DNA of 64,000 nucleotides from positions 17,456 through 81,455 of the forward strand of contig JAYZQJ010000097.1 in NCBI GenBank assembly GCA_036149055.1, written 5' to 3'. Within the stretch, counting starts at the first letter, position 1, and every line of letters begins with the position of its first letter. Made by a program: the position numbers and the translations under genes. Below are positions 17,240 through 29,525 of this stretch, piece by piece. Source of the DNA: Myxococcota bacterium. GTDB lineage: Bacteria > Myxococcota_A > Polyangia > Polyangiales > Sandaracinaceae. The notes under the pieces were generated by a model, which saw only the letters and a program-made list of their open reading frames with translations, was not told where the DNA came from and ran no database searches.

Positions 17240-17817
17240 CGCTTCTCCTTCGGCTTGGGGTGGCACCCGAGCACCACGCGGTAGCTCCGCTCGCGCCGCG
17301 GGTAGCGGGCGGCGACGGCGGCGACGGCCTCGGCGAGCTCCTCGGCGAAGCGCTCGATCTCCGCCGGCCGCGCGAAGCCGACCTCGGCCTCGATGGCGAA
17401 GGTCACCAGCCGCTTGCCCTGGGCGTCCGCCTCCTCGCGCATGCGCGCCACCTCGGAGGCGGTGCGCGCGCTCATCGCGACCAGGGTGTCGGCCGCGAAG
17501 GCGTCCTGCGCCCGGGTGGGCAGCTCGCCGATCACCTCGGGGTCGACCACCACCGCCTTGGCGGTCGCGCGCATGACCCGCTCGACGCACCCTCGCCGCG
17601 GCCGCTCCTCGACGAGCTCGACGAGCCCGCCCTTCTCCAGCTCGCGCACGTGGTAGTTCACGCGCTGCCGGCTCTCGCCCAGCTTCGCCGCCAGGCCCGC
17701 CGCCGAGCACGGCTCCTGGAGCGCGCGCAGCAGGCGGCGCCGGAGCGGGCTCATCCCGCCCCGCAGCCGCTCGGCCCGCACGACGTCGATCGCCCTGGTG
17801 TCCACCGCCTCGGTCAC
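17236..17817 (-). CDS. ArsR-like winged-helix transcriptional regulator
   Basis: PLRRRLLRAL...SAAGLAAKLGESRQRVNYHVRELEKGGLVELVEER; typical pairing with SRPBCC. Confidence 0.88.
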   Translation of the reverse strand: MTEAVDTRAIDVVRAERLRGGMSPLRRRLLRALQEPCSAAGLAAKLGESRQRVNYHVRELEKGGLVELVEERPRRGCVERVMRATAKAVVVDPEVIGELPTRAQDAFAADTLVAMSARTASEVARMREEADAQGKRLVTFAIEAEVGFARPAEIERFAEELAEAVAAVAARYPRRERSYRVVLGCHPKPKEKR

Positions 17818-17823
17818 CGGGCC

Positions 17824-17851
17824 ATCATGATTGGAAAAACGAATCTGTCAA
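17824..17851 (-). promoter_or_regulatory. Sigma70-type promoter for the ArsR-SRPBCC operon, leaderless geometry
   Basis: On minus strand: TTGACA (17851-17846), 16 nt, CATGAT (17829-17824), 6 nt, GTG start; AT-rich island. Confidence 0.65.
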
Positions 17852-17903
17852 ATGAGCCACGACGCTCGCGAGGGCGCGGCCGGCCCTCCGATCGACGCTC
17901 CGG

Positions 17904-18779
17904 CTACGCCGCGTTCGAGAGGCTGTCGAAGCAGGCGTCGAGGGCCTGCGCGAAGGCGTCCGGCGCCTCGAACTGCAGCAGGTGTCCGGCGTCGGGCGCG
18001 AAGAAGAGGCGCGCGTCGCGGATGCGCCGGGCCCCGCTCTCGGCGAGCTTCCGCGGCGAGAGGTGCGGGTGCAGCAGCGGGTTGGGGATCAGCCGATCCC
18101 GCAGCCCGAAGACGATCGACGTCGGCACCTCGAGCCGCTCGAGCTCCACCGGCTCCGACAGCATGCCGCGCACCCCGTTGACGACGGCGGCGGCGTAGCC
18201 CTCGAGCTCCTCGCCCTCGAACGCGAGCCGCGCCCGCACGAGCAGCTCCGCCTCGGGCGGCATGTCGTGGAACGCCATCGCCAGGTTGCGCCGCACCGCC
18301 GGCTCGGAGTGCGTGTTGAGCACCCAGTCCCGGGTCACCGCGTTCTGCAGCATGCTGCGCGCGTAGACGCTGAAGCGCTCGAACCCCGCGGGGGCGACGA
18401 GCGTCAGGGCGGCGACCTCGCGTGGCGCCTCGATGGCGCGGTGGAGCGCGATCTGGCCGCCCATCGAGTGGCCCACCCAGACCGCGCGGCGGATACCGAG
18501 GTGGCGCAGCAGCGCCCCGACGATGGCGCCCTTCTCCCGCAGCGAGAGCGGCTCGTGCGCCTTGTCGCTCGCGCCGTAGCCCGGCAGATCGACCACCACC
18601 GCGCGCCCGCGCCGGGCGAGGGCCTCGGCGTTTCGCGCCCAGCAGAGGCTCGAGCTCCCCAGGCCGTGGACGGCGACCACCGGCAGCACGCCCGGCCGCG
18701 CCTCGCCGAGATCACGGTACGCGATCCGTCGTCCCCGGACCTCGGCGAACGACGGCGCCGGCCACTGCTCCAGCACCAT
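17904..18779 (-). CDS. Alpha/beta fold hydrolase
   Basis: VHGLGSS, VDLPGYGAS, GHSMGG, FGLRDRLI and AGHLLQFE. Confidence 0.92.
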   Translation of the reverse strand: MVLEQWPAPSFAEVRGRRIAYRDLGEARPGVLPVVAVHGLGSSSLCWARNAEALARRGRAVVVDLPGYGASDKAHEPLSLREKGAIVGALLRHLGIRRAVWVGHSMGGQIALHRAIEAPREVAALTLVAPAGFERFSVYARSMLQNAVTRDWVLNTHSEPAVRRNLAMAFHDMPPEAELLVRARLAFEGEELEGYAAAVVNGVRGMLSEPVELERLEVPTSIVFGLRDRLIPNPLLHPHLSPRKLAESGARRIRDARLFFAPDAGHLLQFEAPDAFAQALDACFDSLSNAA

Positions 18780-18949
18780 GCCGGGATGCTAGTGCAGAGA
18801 TCCGACCGGTAGAAGGGGAGATGGCGCCGGACCGGCGTTTCAGGGCAAGGCGCGACGACGAGTCGATGCCCCGCATCGGCGAGGAGGAGCAACGCCGCCC
18901 TGGAGCGTCGGGACAAGCCAGGTCCCCTTCTACCGGGATGGATCTCGCA

Positions 18950-20308
18950 CTAGGTCCAGGCGGTCGGGAACTCGCTCTCGAGGTGGTCGCCGCGGTCGAG
19001 GGCCATGCCGAGGGCGTGGGGGCCGTGGCGCACGATGACGTAGCCGCCGCCGGCGAGGTGCTCTCGGTCGGAGGGACGCAGGGGGATCGGCTCGCGGGCC
19101 TGGTAGGCGCGCACGCGCTCGAGGTCGAGGTCGACGATCTGCTTCGTGGCGAGGCGGCCGTAGCGCAGGGCGGCGCCGGTCGCGATCTTGCCCCGCTCGC
19201 GGCGACGGCAGAAGACGAGGCCGGTGGCGACGTGGGCGTCCCAGCCGGGCATGCGGTGCTCGTCGGGGACGACCCGAGCGTAGCGGCCGCGCTCGAAGAG
19301 GCGGTGTCCCTCGAACGCCTCCTCGGGCACGCCGTAGCGCTCGGCGAAGGCGCGCAGGCGCGGGGAGGCGAGCGCGGGCTCCGCGACCTCCCGCATCGGC
19401 TCGCCGCCCTCGGCGCGTCCGTCGCCCGCCTTGCGGAGGAGCGCGGCGAAGAAGCCGCCGGTGCCGCTGAGGTGAGGCCAGAGGCGCATCGCGCGCGTGA
19501 CCCTCGGGTCGTAGACGGCGCCCTCGAACCGATCGACGCCCGGCGACGTGCGCAGGCCCTCGATCGTCACCGCCTCGACGTCGACGTCCTCGCGCTCGCG
19601 CAGCGCGGCGTCGATCACCGCCTCGTTCTCCTCGGGCGCGAGCGTGCACGTCGAGTAGACCACGCGCCCGCCCGGGCGGCAGAGCTCGAGCCCGCGACGC
19701 AAGAGCGCCCGCTGCACGCCGGCGATGAAGCCGCGGTAGCGCCCCGTCTCGCGTCGGCCGCGGCCGACGTTGCCCTCGGCAGTGCAGGGCGCGTCCACCA
19801 GCACCGCGTCCCACCGACCGGCCGCGTCGGGCAGGGCCGCGCCGTCGGCGGCGGTGAGGGTGACGTTGGTGAGCCCGAGCCGCACGACCGCGGCGGTGGT
19901 CGCGGTGTGGCGCTCGGTCTTGCGGTCGTTGGCCACCACCGTGCCCCGGTTGCCGAGCGCGAACGCGATGCGCGCGGTCTTGCCGCCGGGCGCGGCGCAG
20001 AGATCGAGGACCCGCTCGCCGGGGCGGGGATCGAGCATGCGCACCGGCAGGAGCGAGGCCTCCTCCTGCACGTGGTACAGGCCGGCCCGATACGCCCAGT
20101 GCTTGCCCGGCCGCTCGACGCCCGGGAGGCGCAGCGCGTCGGCACTCCAGCCGACCGGCAACGGCGCCGTCTCGAAGAGCGCGCGCAGCCCGTCCCGGTC
20201 GATGCGCTCGGGCTGGGGCCAGATCACCGGCGGCAGCGGGGCGCGCAGACTCTCGGCCAGCGCGTCGCCATCGGAGACGAGCGCGCGGTAGCGTTCGGCG
20301 AGGCTCAT
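18950..20308 (-). CDS. RsmB/RsmF (NOL1/NOP2/Sun) RNA m5C methyltransferase
   Basis: VQEEAS, LDLCAAPGGKT, LVDAPC and YSTCTLAPEENE; C-terminal extension as in RsmF. Confidence 0.92.
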   Translation of the reverse strand: MSLAERYRALVSDGDALAESLRAPLPPVIWPQPERIDRDGLRALFETAPLPVGWSADALRLPGVERPGKHWAYRAGLYHVQEEASLLPVRMLDPRPGERVLDLCAAPGGKTARIAFALGNRGTVVANDRKTERHTATTAAVVRLGLTNVTLTAADGAALPDAAGRWDAVLVDAPCTAEGNVGRGRRETGRYRGFIAGVQRALLRRGLELCRPGGRVVYSTCTLAPEENEAVIDAALREREDVDVEAVTIEGLRTSPGVDRFEGAVYDPRVTRAMRLWPHLSGTGGFFAALLRKAGDGRAEGGEPMREVAEPALASPRLRAFAERYGVPEEAFEGHRLFERGRYARVVPDEHRMPGWDAHVATGLVFCRRRERGKIATGAALRYGRLATKQIVDLDLERVRAYQAREPIPLRPSDREHLAGGGYVIVRHGPHALGMALDRGDHLESEFPTAWT

Positions 20309-20330
20309 GCCCCGCCGATATAGCGTGACC

Positions 20331-20654
20331 TCAGCGCTTCTTCTCGCCGCGCTGCTCGCGCAACAGCTCCACGTGGAGCGGGCCCTCGTCCCAGCGCTCC
20401 ACCGCGTCGAAGTGATCGCCGTCCTGCGTCATCTGCGCGAGTGACTGGCGATACATCTCCGCGAGGGAGTCGCTGGCCGAGGGACCGTCCTCCTCGTCCC
20501 TGACGTAGCGGCGTAGCTGCGGCGCGTGGAGCGGCTGGAGCCCGCCACCGGTAGCGCTGTATTCGCTCATCCCGGCCAGCCAGCTCGCGTCGAGGCCATC
20601 GTCCTCCAGAGCCAGATCCACCGACTCCGGAACCTCGTCCGTCTCGTGTGCCAT
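20331..20654 (-). CDS. Small acidic hypothetical protein (107 aa)
   Basis: Strong SD GAGGAGGT before MAHETDEV; directly downstream of the PG-binding gene. Confidence 0.6.
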   Translation of the reverse strand: MAHETDEVPESVDLALEDDGLDASWLAGMSEYSATGGGLQPLHAPQLRRYVRDEEDGPSASDSLAEMYRQSLAQMTQDGDHFDAVERWDEGPLHVELLREQRGEKKR

Positions 20655-20716
20655 GACTACCTCCTCACACCCATCAGGGTAGGCCCATCCGGGCCGGGTG
20701 CGAAGGGTTTCGCCTC

Positions 20717-21286
20717 TCACGCCTTCGCGGCAGGCTGCTCCTTCGCGCCGCCGGACTTGGCGTTCCAGCCGTATCCGATCTGCGCGTTGATGAGCTTGTG
20801 GGTGCCGGGCCCGACGATGCCGTCGATCGTGTAGCCGAACGCGCTCTGGAGCTTCTTGACCGCCTGGTCGGTGGCCTCGCCGAACTTGCCGTCCACGCCC
20901 ACGTCGAAGCCGAGCGCCTGGAGCCGGCGCTGCAGGTACTTCACGTCGGCTCCGTCGGCGCCCTGCTTCAGGTTGCGCTTCAGCTCGGCGCCCGCGAGCG
21001 AGCCCTTGTCGGTCTGCTTGCCCTGCGCCTCGAGCGCGGACTTGATCGCGCCGGCGCTCTTCACGTTCCAGCCGTAGCCGACCTGCGCGTCGATGAGCCC
21101 GTGCGTGCCCTTGCCGACGATCCCGTCGACGTCGTAGCCGAACGCGCTCTGCAGCTCCTCGACCGCCTCGGCCGTGTTCGGCCCGAAGATGCCGTCCGTC
21201 TTCACGTCGAAGCCCAGCTGCTGCAGCTTGCCCTGCAGCGCCTCGACCGCGTCCCCCTTCGAACCCTTCTTCAGCGTGTCGCTCAT
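20717..21286 (-). CDS. Protein with two tandem peptidoglycan-binding (PG_binding_1) domains
   Basis: LKKGSKGDAVEALQ..L...GF...DGIFG..T..AV..LQ...G..VDGIVG pattern occurs twice; SD GGAG. Confidence 0.9.
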   Translation of the reverse strand: MSDTLKKGSKGDAVEALQGKLQQLGFDVKTDGIFGPNTAEAVEELQSAFGYDVDGIVGKGTHGLIDAQVGYGWNVKSAGAIKSALEAQGKQTDKGSLAGAELKRNLKQGADGADVKYLQRRLQALGFDVGVDGKFGEATDQAVKKLQSAFGYTIDGIVGPGTHKLINAQIGYGWNAKSGGAKEQPAAKA

Positions 21287-21469
21287 GATCTGATGTCTCC
21301 CTGGTCGGTGCGGCGTGTGTTCGCGGGAGAGCCATCGCAACCGTCGTGCCGACGCGCCCCTCCCCGCTGGCGCGCCAGGTAGTCCCCCGGGGCGTGGGTT
21401 CCACCCCACGGACTGTCGCCGAAACCCACGATCGCGAGCGCGACCCATCCGGGCTACTGTATCCACGGC

Positions 21470-23432
<1,963 letters not shown>

Positions 23433-23455
<23 letters not shown>

Positions 23456-24806
23456 GCAGCCCCCCCAGGGCCTCGAGGAAGGGGTCGTGCGCTTCGAGGA
23501 AGTGGGCGCGCTCGTAGCGGACCTCGACGTCGGGGACGACGCCGCGGCCGGGCTCACAGCCGGAGAAGGGCACGAGGGTGATCTCGAAGAGCGAGGCGAG
23601 GACGCTCACGCCCGCGCCGACGTCGTAGAGCACGGGGAGCTGCCCGGTGTGACGGCCGCACTCGCCCTGGGTCTCCGTGCCCACCACGAGGACGCCCTCT
23701 CGATGAGCGAGCAGGCCGGCCACCAGCTCGACCGCGGCCGAGCTCGTCGCGTCGTCGACCAGCACGGCGACGGCGCCCTCGTGCGGCGCGCCGGTGGGGA
23801 TCATGCGGTCCGCCATGGGGTCGCCCTCGAAGACCCAGCGATCGCCCACCCGCGCGCCCGGGAAGCCGGTCAGCGCCTCTCGCGGAGCGATGGGGAACCC
23901 CACCCGGGCGGCGTGCGCGCCCGGGATCGCCCGCACTCTCGTCTCGACCCGCGTCCATTGCGTGAAGGGCTCGGCCAACAGGTGTCGGAGCACCGCGACT
24001 CCGTGGGCGCGGATCCCCCCTTCGTTCCCGCGGAGGTCGAGCGCCAGCGGCGCGTCGGGCGCCAGCTCGGCGAAGATCGCGTCGACGCGCGCGGCGTACC
24101 CCTCCTCGTCGAGCACGCCGAAGCCGGGCAGCCGGAGGATCGTCCAGGCGTCGTGCGCGTGGACGCTGGGCCAAGGGGCCGCGTCGGAACGCCCCCAGCG
24201 AGGCGCCGACGCGCGCCGAGCGTCGAGGTCGACGCTCGAGGCAATCAGGGTCAGCGCGGTGACGCCTTCGCCGGGCCGCCGCACCTCGACGGCGTAGCGC
24301 TCTCGACGGCCGAGCTCGAGAGTGGCGAAGCCGGCGAAGCGCCGCTCGGCCTCGGCCAGGCGCACCGCGGGCCGGTCGCCGTCGATCGACGCGTAGCGGG
24401 ACAGATCGCGCAAGAAGGCGTCCGCCGGGCGCCCCTCGACCGAGACGAGCTCGGTGCCCAGCGGGAGCGCCGGCTCGGAGGCGTCGACGAAGATCGTGTC
24501 TCCCGCGCGCACCGCCTGGAGCGGGAATCCCTCTCGCCGGGAGCCGTCCGCCGCGAGGCCGGCGACCAGGTGCGCATCTCCGAGCGCGGCCACGACTCGC
24601 TGGGTGGCGGCGGCGAGGGCGAGCGCGTCGGGCGCGTCCCCGAGCCCGCTCTGCTCGCCGGCCACCAGGGCGTCCAGCTCGGCCGCGGCGACATGACGGT
24701 GCGGCTCGGGGTGCACGTCACGGAGGAACGCGACCAGCGAGTCGAGCTGACCCACCGGCGCCTGGCCGCAGCCGACGAGGAGCAGCGCCGCGAGGACCAC
24801 GCGCAT
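23433..24806 (-). CDS. S41-family peptidase, lipoprotein
   Basis: Lipobox LVGC; LGDAH, LDLRGNEGG, VLVDDATSSAAV, VGTETQG and GVVPDVEV. Confidence 0.82.
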
Positions 24807-24811
24807 GGAGG

Positions 24812-24994
24812 TCAACGGTCGGACAGGGTGCGGCGGAGCTGGAGGTACTCCTCGCGGAGCGCCTCGGCGCGCTCGAGGTCGCCGGCCTCCTGCGCGGCGC
24901 GGTGCGCGTCGGCCAGCGCGTGCAGTCGGCCCCACGGCCCGACGTCGTCCTCGGCCGTGTGGGTCACCTCAGGCTGCCGTCGTCGCTCGCCCAT
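24812..24994 (-). CDS. Small helical hypothetical protein (60 aa)
   Basis: Fills the gap between same-strand genes; preceded by CATGCT-N6-ATG. Confidence 0.5.
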   Translation of the reverse strand: MGERRRQPEVTHTAEDDVGPWGRLHALADAHRAAQEAGDLERAEALREEYLQLRRTLSDR

Positions 24995-25050
24995 GGGCGC
25001 AGCATGGACGAAGTCTCACGGGTGATCAACGTTCGTTGGCAGGGGCGTCG

Positions 25051-25707
25051 TCAACGTGGCGCGACCTCGATGGAGGCGCTCGCCTCCGCGCTGCGGACGG
25101 TGACGGTGCGCGCACCGGCGGTCACATCCGCCTCGCCCTCGTAGCGCCCGACGTCGACCTGCCGGACTCGCTCGAGCCCCTCGACCCGCGAGAGATCGAG
25201 CGCGATCGGCTGCCCGCGCCAGGTGGGCTCGACCGCGATCCGGGCCCACCGCTCGCCCGAGGTCGAGTCGCGCACGTCGCACTCGCCGTCGACGTCGGTC
25301 ACGCACGAGAGCGCCAGCGCGTCCGCGTAGGCGGCGTCGAAGGCGAGCGCCTCGGTGTGGACCTCGCCGGTGTCGAGCCGGGTCACGCGCGCCTCGATCC
25401 CGACCGCGCCGACGTCCCGGACCGCCACCGAGAGCACCTCGAAGGGCGGCGCGCTCGGTCGGATCACGTCGCAGCCGGCGTCACAGAGGAGCTCGCGGTC
25501 CACGTCGATCGGGGTGCAGTAGCGGACGAGCGGGCCGGCGACGCGGCTCTCCACGTCGCAGGGCTCGTCGAACCACTCCATGCGCACCTCGAGCGCCGCG
25601 CCGGGCTCGATCGCCGCCGGGCAATCGACGCACTCCACCCGTGGGCCCACCTCGTTCACCTGGCAGCCGGTCGCCACCAGCAGCGCCAGCGCGGTCATCA
25701 CTCGCAT
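25051..25707 (-). CDS. Hypothetical lipoprotein
   Basis: MRVMTALALLVATGC lipobox; GGAG SD upstream; several Cys. Confidence 0.7.
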   Translation of the reverse strand: MRVMTALALLVATGCQVNEVGPRVECVDCPAAIEPGAALEVRMEWFDEPCDVESRVAGPLVRYCTPIDVDRELLCDAGCDVIRPSAPPFEVLSVAVRDVGAVGIEARVTRLDTGEVHTEALAFDAAYADALALSCVTDVDGECDVRDSTSGERWARIAVEPTWRGQPIALDLSRVEGLERVRQVDVGRYEGEADVTAGARTVTVRSAEASASIEVAPR

Positions 25708-25872
25708 CGCGTCTCCGTCACCTCCGCACCGACCGAGGTGGGTAGCACACCACGCGCCAGCTCCGTCAGCGGAGCGCGGGCGCGCCTCCGTCACCACGGG
25801 TTCACGGTCCGCGGCTTTGGACGTGTCCGAGATTCACATGGATCCGTCGGAGGCGATCTCGTATCGCCCCGC

Positions 25873-27558
25873 ATGTCTACCTCGCGGCGCGCCGCCCTGG
25901 CGCTCTCCTGTCTCGCTGCGCTGCACGCCTCGATCGCGAGCGCGCAATTCGACCCGGCGGTACACGGGTTCTCGTTCCAGAACTACACGAACGCCGGCGA
26001 CCCGGTGAACCTCACCGGCGCGGAGCTGCACCGCATGTTCGGAGACGCGGTCTGCGCGGGCGGCTCGGGGCCGAGCTGCCGGCTCACCCCGCAGGCGGCG
26101 CAGTGGGCCGAGCAGATCAGCAACGCGATGGGCGGCGGTCACTGCGAGGGCATGGCGGTGCTCAGCCTCCGCTTCTTCCTCGGCGCGCAGCAGGCCAGCG
26201 ACTTCGGCGCCGACACGCCCTACGGGCTGAGCCTCGAGGGCAACACCGACCTCCAGCGCGAGATCGGCTACTGGTGGGCGCTCCAGGCGGTGCCGCCGGT
26301 CAGCACGACCCGGGTGGCCGGCGACGGCTTCGACATCCTCGACCAGCTCGAGCCCTCGCTCTGGGGCGAGGTCGAGGAGTCCTACACCGTGGCGTTCTTC
26401 AAGCGGAACATGAGCGGCGGCCACGCGGTGACGCCCTACGACGTGGTCGAGTACGACGACGGCACGCTCGCGATCCTCGTCTACGACAACAACTTCCCGG
26501 GCGAGGAGCGCGAGATCCTGATCGACCCGATGACCGGCGCGTGGACCTACGTGGCCGCCGCCAACCCCGACGACGTCGCGTCGCGTTACGAGGGCGACGC
26601 GAGCTCGAACACCCTGATGCTCATCCCGATGTCGGTGCGCGAGGGCGCGCTGCAGTGCCCCTTCTGCGGCAGCTACCGCGCGGGCGCGAGCGGGCGGCGC
26701 ACGGTCTCGGTGACCGGCGACGCGACCCTGCTGCTCATGGACGAGACCGGCGCGCGCCTCGGGCATCTGCCCGACGGATCGTTCGTGGACGAGATCGAGG
26801 GCGCCGACTTCGTGGCCCCGACCTCGGATGATCTCTGGCGCGATCAGAGCGAGCCGCAGTACCTCGTGTCGAGCAGCGCGCCGATCGAGATCGCCATCGG
26901 CGACGCGGGCTACGGCGGCGGCGACAGCGACCTCGGCGTGCTCGGGCCGGGCTACTACCTCGGCGTCGAGAACCTGCTGCTCGACCCGGGCCAGCTCGAC
27001 GTCGCGACGCTCCTGCCCGATCGCGCCGGCCTCGTCTACGAGACCGAGGGGATGGAGACGCCCGACATCGTGCTCGCCGCCGAGACCGACGCCGCGGACT
27101 GGCTGGCCATCGTGCGCTCGCGCGGCGACTCGGGCGGGCAGGTCATCGCGGCCGAGATCGACTTCGCCGACGGCGGCTCGCTCACCCTCGCCTTCGACGG
27201 CGCCGACGCGGAGAGCGAGATGGATCTCTACCTCACGCGGATCGACGGAGACTCCGTCCTGGAGTTCGGCCACGAGAACATCGTCGTGCCGAACGGCGCC
27301 GAGCTGACCGTCCTCTTCGCCGACTTCGACGAGGACGGCGAGGGGCTCTCGATCGACGTCGACATGGACCGCGACGGAAGCGCGGACATGTCGATCCCGA
27401 TCAGCGACGAGGGCGGCGCGGGCCCCGGCCCCGGGCCCGGCGGGAGCGACGACGGCGGCGGCTGCGCCGTCCGCTCCGGATCGAGCGGGAGCGCCCCCGC
27501 GCTGCTCGGCTTCGCGCTCGTCGCCCTCGCCCTGTCGAGGCGGCGCCGAGCCCGATAG
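25873..27558 (+). CDS. Secreted MYXO-CTERM-type protein with a putative papain-like Cys-His-Asp domain
   Basis: Signal peptide ASA-Q; GGHCEGM, GGHAVTPY and LVYDNN; C-terminus GGGCAV + TM + RRRR. Confidence 0.78.
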   Translation: MSTSRRAALALSCLAALHASIASAQFDPAVHGFSFQNYTNAGDPVNLTGAELHRMFGDAVCAGGSGPSCRLTPQAAQWAEQISNAMGGGHCEGMAVLSLRFFLGAQQASDFGADTPYGLSLEGNTDLQREIGYWWALQAVPPVSTTRVAGDGFDILDQLEPSLWGEVEESYTVAFFKRNMSGGHAVTPYDVVEYDDGTLAILVYDNNFPGEEREILIDPMTGAWTYVAAANPDDVASRYEGDASSNTLMLIPMSVREGALQCPFCGSYRAGASGRRTVSVTGDATLLLMDETGARLGHLPDGSFVDEIEGADFVAPTSDDLWRDQSEPQYLVSSSAPIEIAIGDAGYGGGDSDLGVLGPGYYLGVENLLLDPGQLDVATLLPDRAGLVYETEGMETPDIVLAAETDAADWLAIVRSRGDSGGQVIAAEIDFADGGSLTLAFDGADAESEMDLYLTRIDGDSVLEFGHENIVVPNGAELTVLFADFDEDGEGLSIDVDMDRDGSADMSIPISDEGGAGPGPGPGGSDDGGGCAVRSGSSGSAPALLGFALVALALSRRRRAR

Positions 27559-27568
27559 TCCCCCGAGC

Positions 27569-29455
27569 TCAGCGGCGGCGACGGAGCCCGAGGAGCGCGA
27601 GGGCCGCGAGCGCGAGCCAGGGCGGCGCCCCGGACCCGGCGGCGCGGCAGCCGCAGCCGCCCTCGAGCTCTTCTCCGTCCGGGGGCGAGCCGCCGTCGGG
27701 CGTGGGGGACGCGGCGTCGACCCCGGGGGCGGCGGCGTCGGAGCCCACGGGGGGCGCGCCCGCGTCCGGGTCGGTGGTCACCGGCGGGTCGCAGAGCCCC
27801 TCCATGCCCGCGCACGAGCAGTCGGACGCGCAGGCGCGGAAGCGGGACCAGACCTCGGTGGTGAACGCGGTCTTGTAGGCGCTGCCCCCGTCGGCGTTGG
27901 TGCAGTGACGGTCGGCGTAGCGCCCGCTGCCCGGCCGACACACGCAGGTGCCGGGCGGCCCCGAGGTGCAGTCGTCGGGGCTCGACGGATCGAGCGGATC
28001 GGCGGCGTCGCAGGGATCGGGCGCCGTCCACGCGCCGCACTCGACCCAGCGATCGGTGTACTCGATCATCAGCGGGTGGCCGTCGTCGCGGGGCCAGGCG
28101 GCGAGCAGATCCGGCACGAGGTGCGCGGTGAGCACGAAGGCGCGCGCGGCCGGGGAGAAGATCTCCTGGTAGCTGCCGCCGGGGCTTCCGCCGTCGATGA
28201 AGCCGAAGGGGTCGCCGCACACCCGGTTGCAGCTGCCCGGCCAGTCCGGGTAGCAGCGGCCGAGGTACTCGCCGACCGTGCACATCGAGATCCCGCCGGC
28301 GCCGGGGTAGGCGCCGTAGAGCACCTCGCCGACGCCGCCGCGCGCGCCGTCGGGATCGGCCACCGGGCTCCAGTAGACCTGCGAGCGCTCCGCGAAGCGC
28401 CCAGGGGACATCGCGTCCATCGCCGCGCGCCAGTCGTCGCGGCCGAGGAGCGCCGCCGCGAGGTACGGCCAGGTGGTCCGGCCCTGCCCGTGGCCGCCGT
28501 TCGCGCCCCAGGAGGTCGCCACCGGCTCGAGCAGCATGTGGTGCAGGTCGATGCCGCGCTGCACGAGGCAAGCCGCCATGCGGTCGGTGCGGTCCTCGAA
28601 GAGCGCCCGCAGCAGCCAGTCGCCCAGCTCGCGCGAGACGTAGCCGTGGTAGCCGCGCGCCTCGCCGACGTTGAGGTAGCCCTTGAAGTACTGCTGCCGA
28701 TAGGTGCCCATGTGCTCCACCGGGAGCTGGCAGAGCGCCTGCTCGGCCACGTCGCGATCGGGCAGCCCGGTGACGCCCTCGAGCGGCAGGCGCGGGAGCC
28801 GATCGAGGCGCGCGTCGGACACCGGGATGAGCGGCCGCTCGGTGCCCACGTACGGCGGGCGGAAGTAGCCGGCGCCGGTGCCGTCGGGCGGCGGATCGCG
28901 GAGCACGGTGAGCGCGCCCACGAAGTAGAGGCAGTGCCGCGGCTCGGAGCCGAGCACGTCGCGCGCGCTGCAGTTGGCGCCGACCACCTCGTCCTGGAAC
29001 GAGACCGCCTTCACCACCGCGTTGCCCGGCGCGAGCGCGAACGGCTCGGCGTCGCTCGGGTTGCGGATCGCGGGCGCCTCTCCGGCGGCGAAGCTGCTCC
29101 GCGCGTCGAACGCCTGGTTGCGCGAGGCGATGTCCACCATCCACCCGTTGCAGGTCCCGGCGCCGCAGTCGTCGGTCACCTGCGGCGTGAGCCCGACCAG
29201 GTTCGCCCCGTCGCCCACCGCGACCCACGGCGAGCCGTCGACGAACCGGCCACAGGGCACCTCGCGGTCGAGCCGGTAGGTGATGGTGGCCCGCCCCTCG
29301 TCGTCGCAGCCGGTGCAGGATCGCGCCGCGCGCGCCGCCTCCCGTCGTGGGGTGGGCGAGACGATCGAGATCTCGGTGCAGCGCTCTTGCGCGGCCGCGA
29401 GCGCCGGGATGGAGGGGCTCGACGCGAGGACCAGGAGGAGGGCGAGAGCGCGCAT
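27569..29455 (-). CDS. Secreted Cys-rich MYXO-CTERM-type protein of unknown function
   Basis: Signal peptide; C-terminus GGCGCRAAG-PWLALAALALLGL-RRRR. Confidence 0.8.
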   Translation of the reverse strand: MRALALLLVLASSPSIPALAAAQERCTEISIVSPTPRREAARAARSCTGCDDEGRATITYRLDREVPCGRFVDGSPWVAVGDGANLVGLTPQVTDDCGAGTCNGWMVDIASRNQAFDARSSFAAGEAPAIRNPSDAEPFALAPGNAVVKAVSFQDEVVGANCSARDVLGSEPRHCLYFVGALTVLRDPPPDGTGAGYFRPPYVGTERPLIPVSDARLDRLPRLPLEGVTGLPDRDVAEQALCQLPVEHMGTYRQQYFKGYLNVGEARGYHGYVSRELGDWLLRALFEDRTDRMAACLVQRGIDLHHMLLEPVATSWGANGGHGQGRTTWPYLAAALLGRDDWRAAMDAMSPGRFAERSQVYWSPVADPDGARGGVGEVLYGAYPGAGGISMCTVGEYLGRCYPDWPGSCNRVCGDPFGFIDGGSPGGSYQEIFSPAARAFVLTAHLVPDLLAAWPRDDGHPLMIEYTDRWVECGAWTAPDPCDAADPLDPSSPDDCTSGPPGTCVCRPGSGRYADRHCTNADGGSAYKTAFTTEVWSRFRACASDCSCAGMEGLCDPPVTTDPDAGAPPVGSDAAAPGVDAASPTPDGGSPPDGEELEGGCGCRAAGSGAPPWLALAALALLGLRRRR

Positions 29456-29525
29456 GTCGTCATCCTACACCTGGACGGCCGCACGCGAACACGACTCGAG
29501 AGCGCGAAGCGCCCCGCCCGACGGG

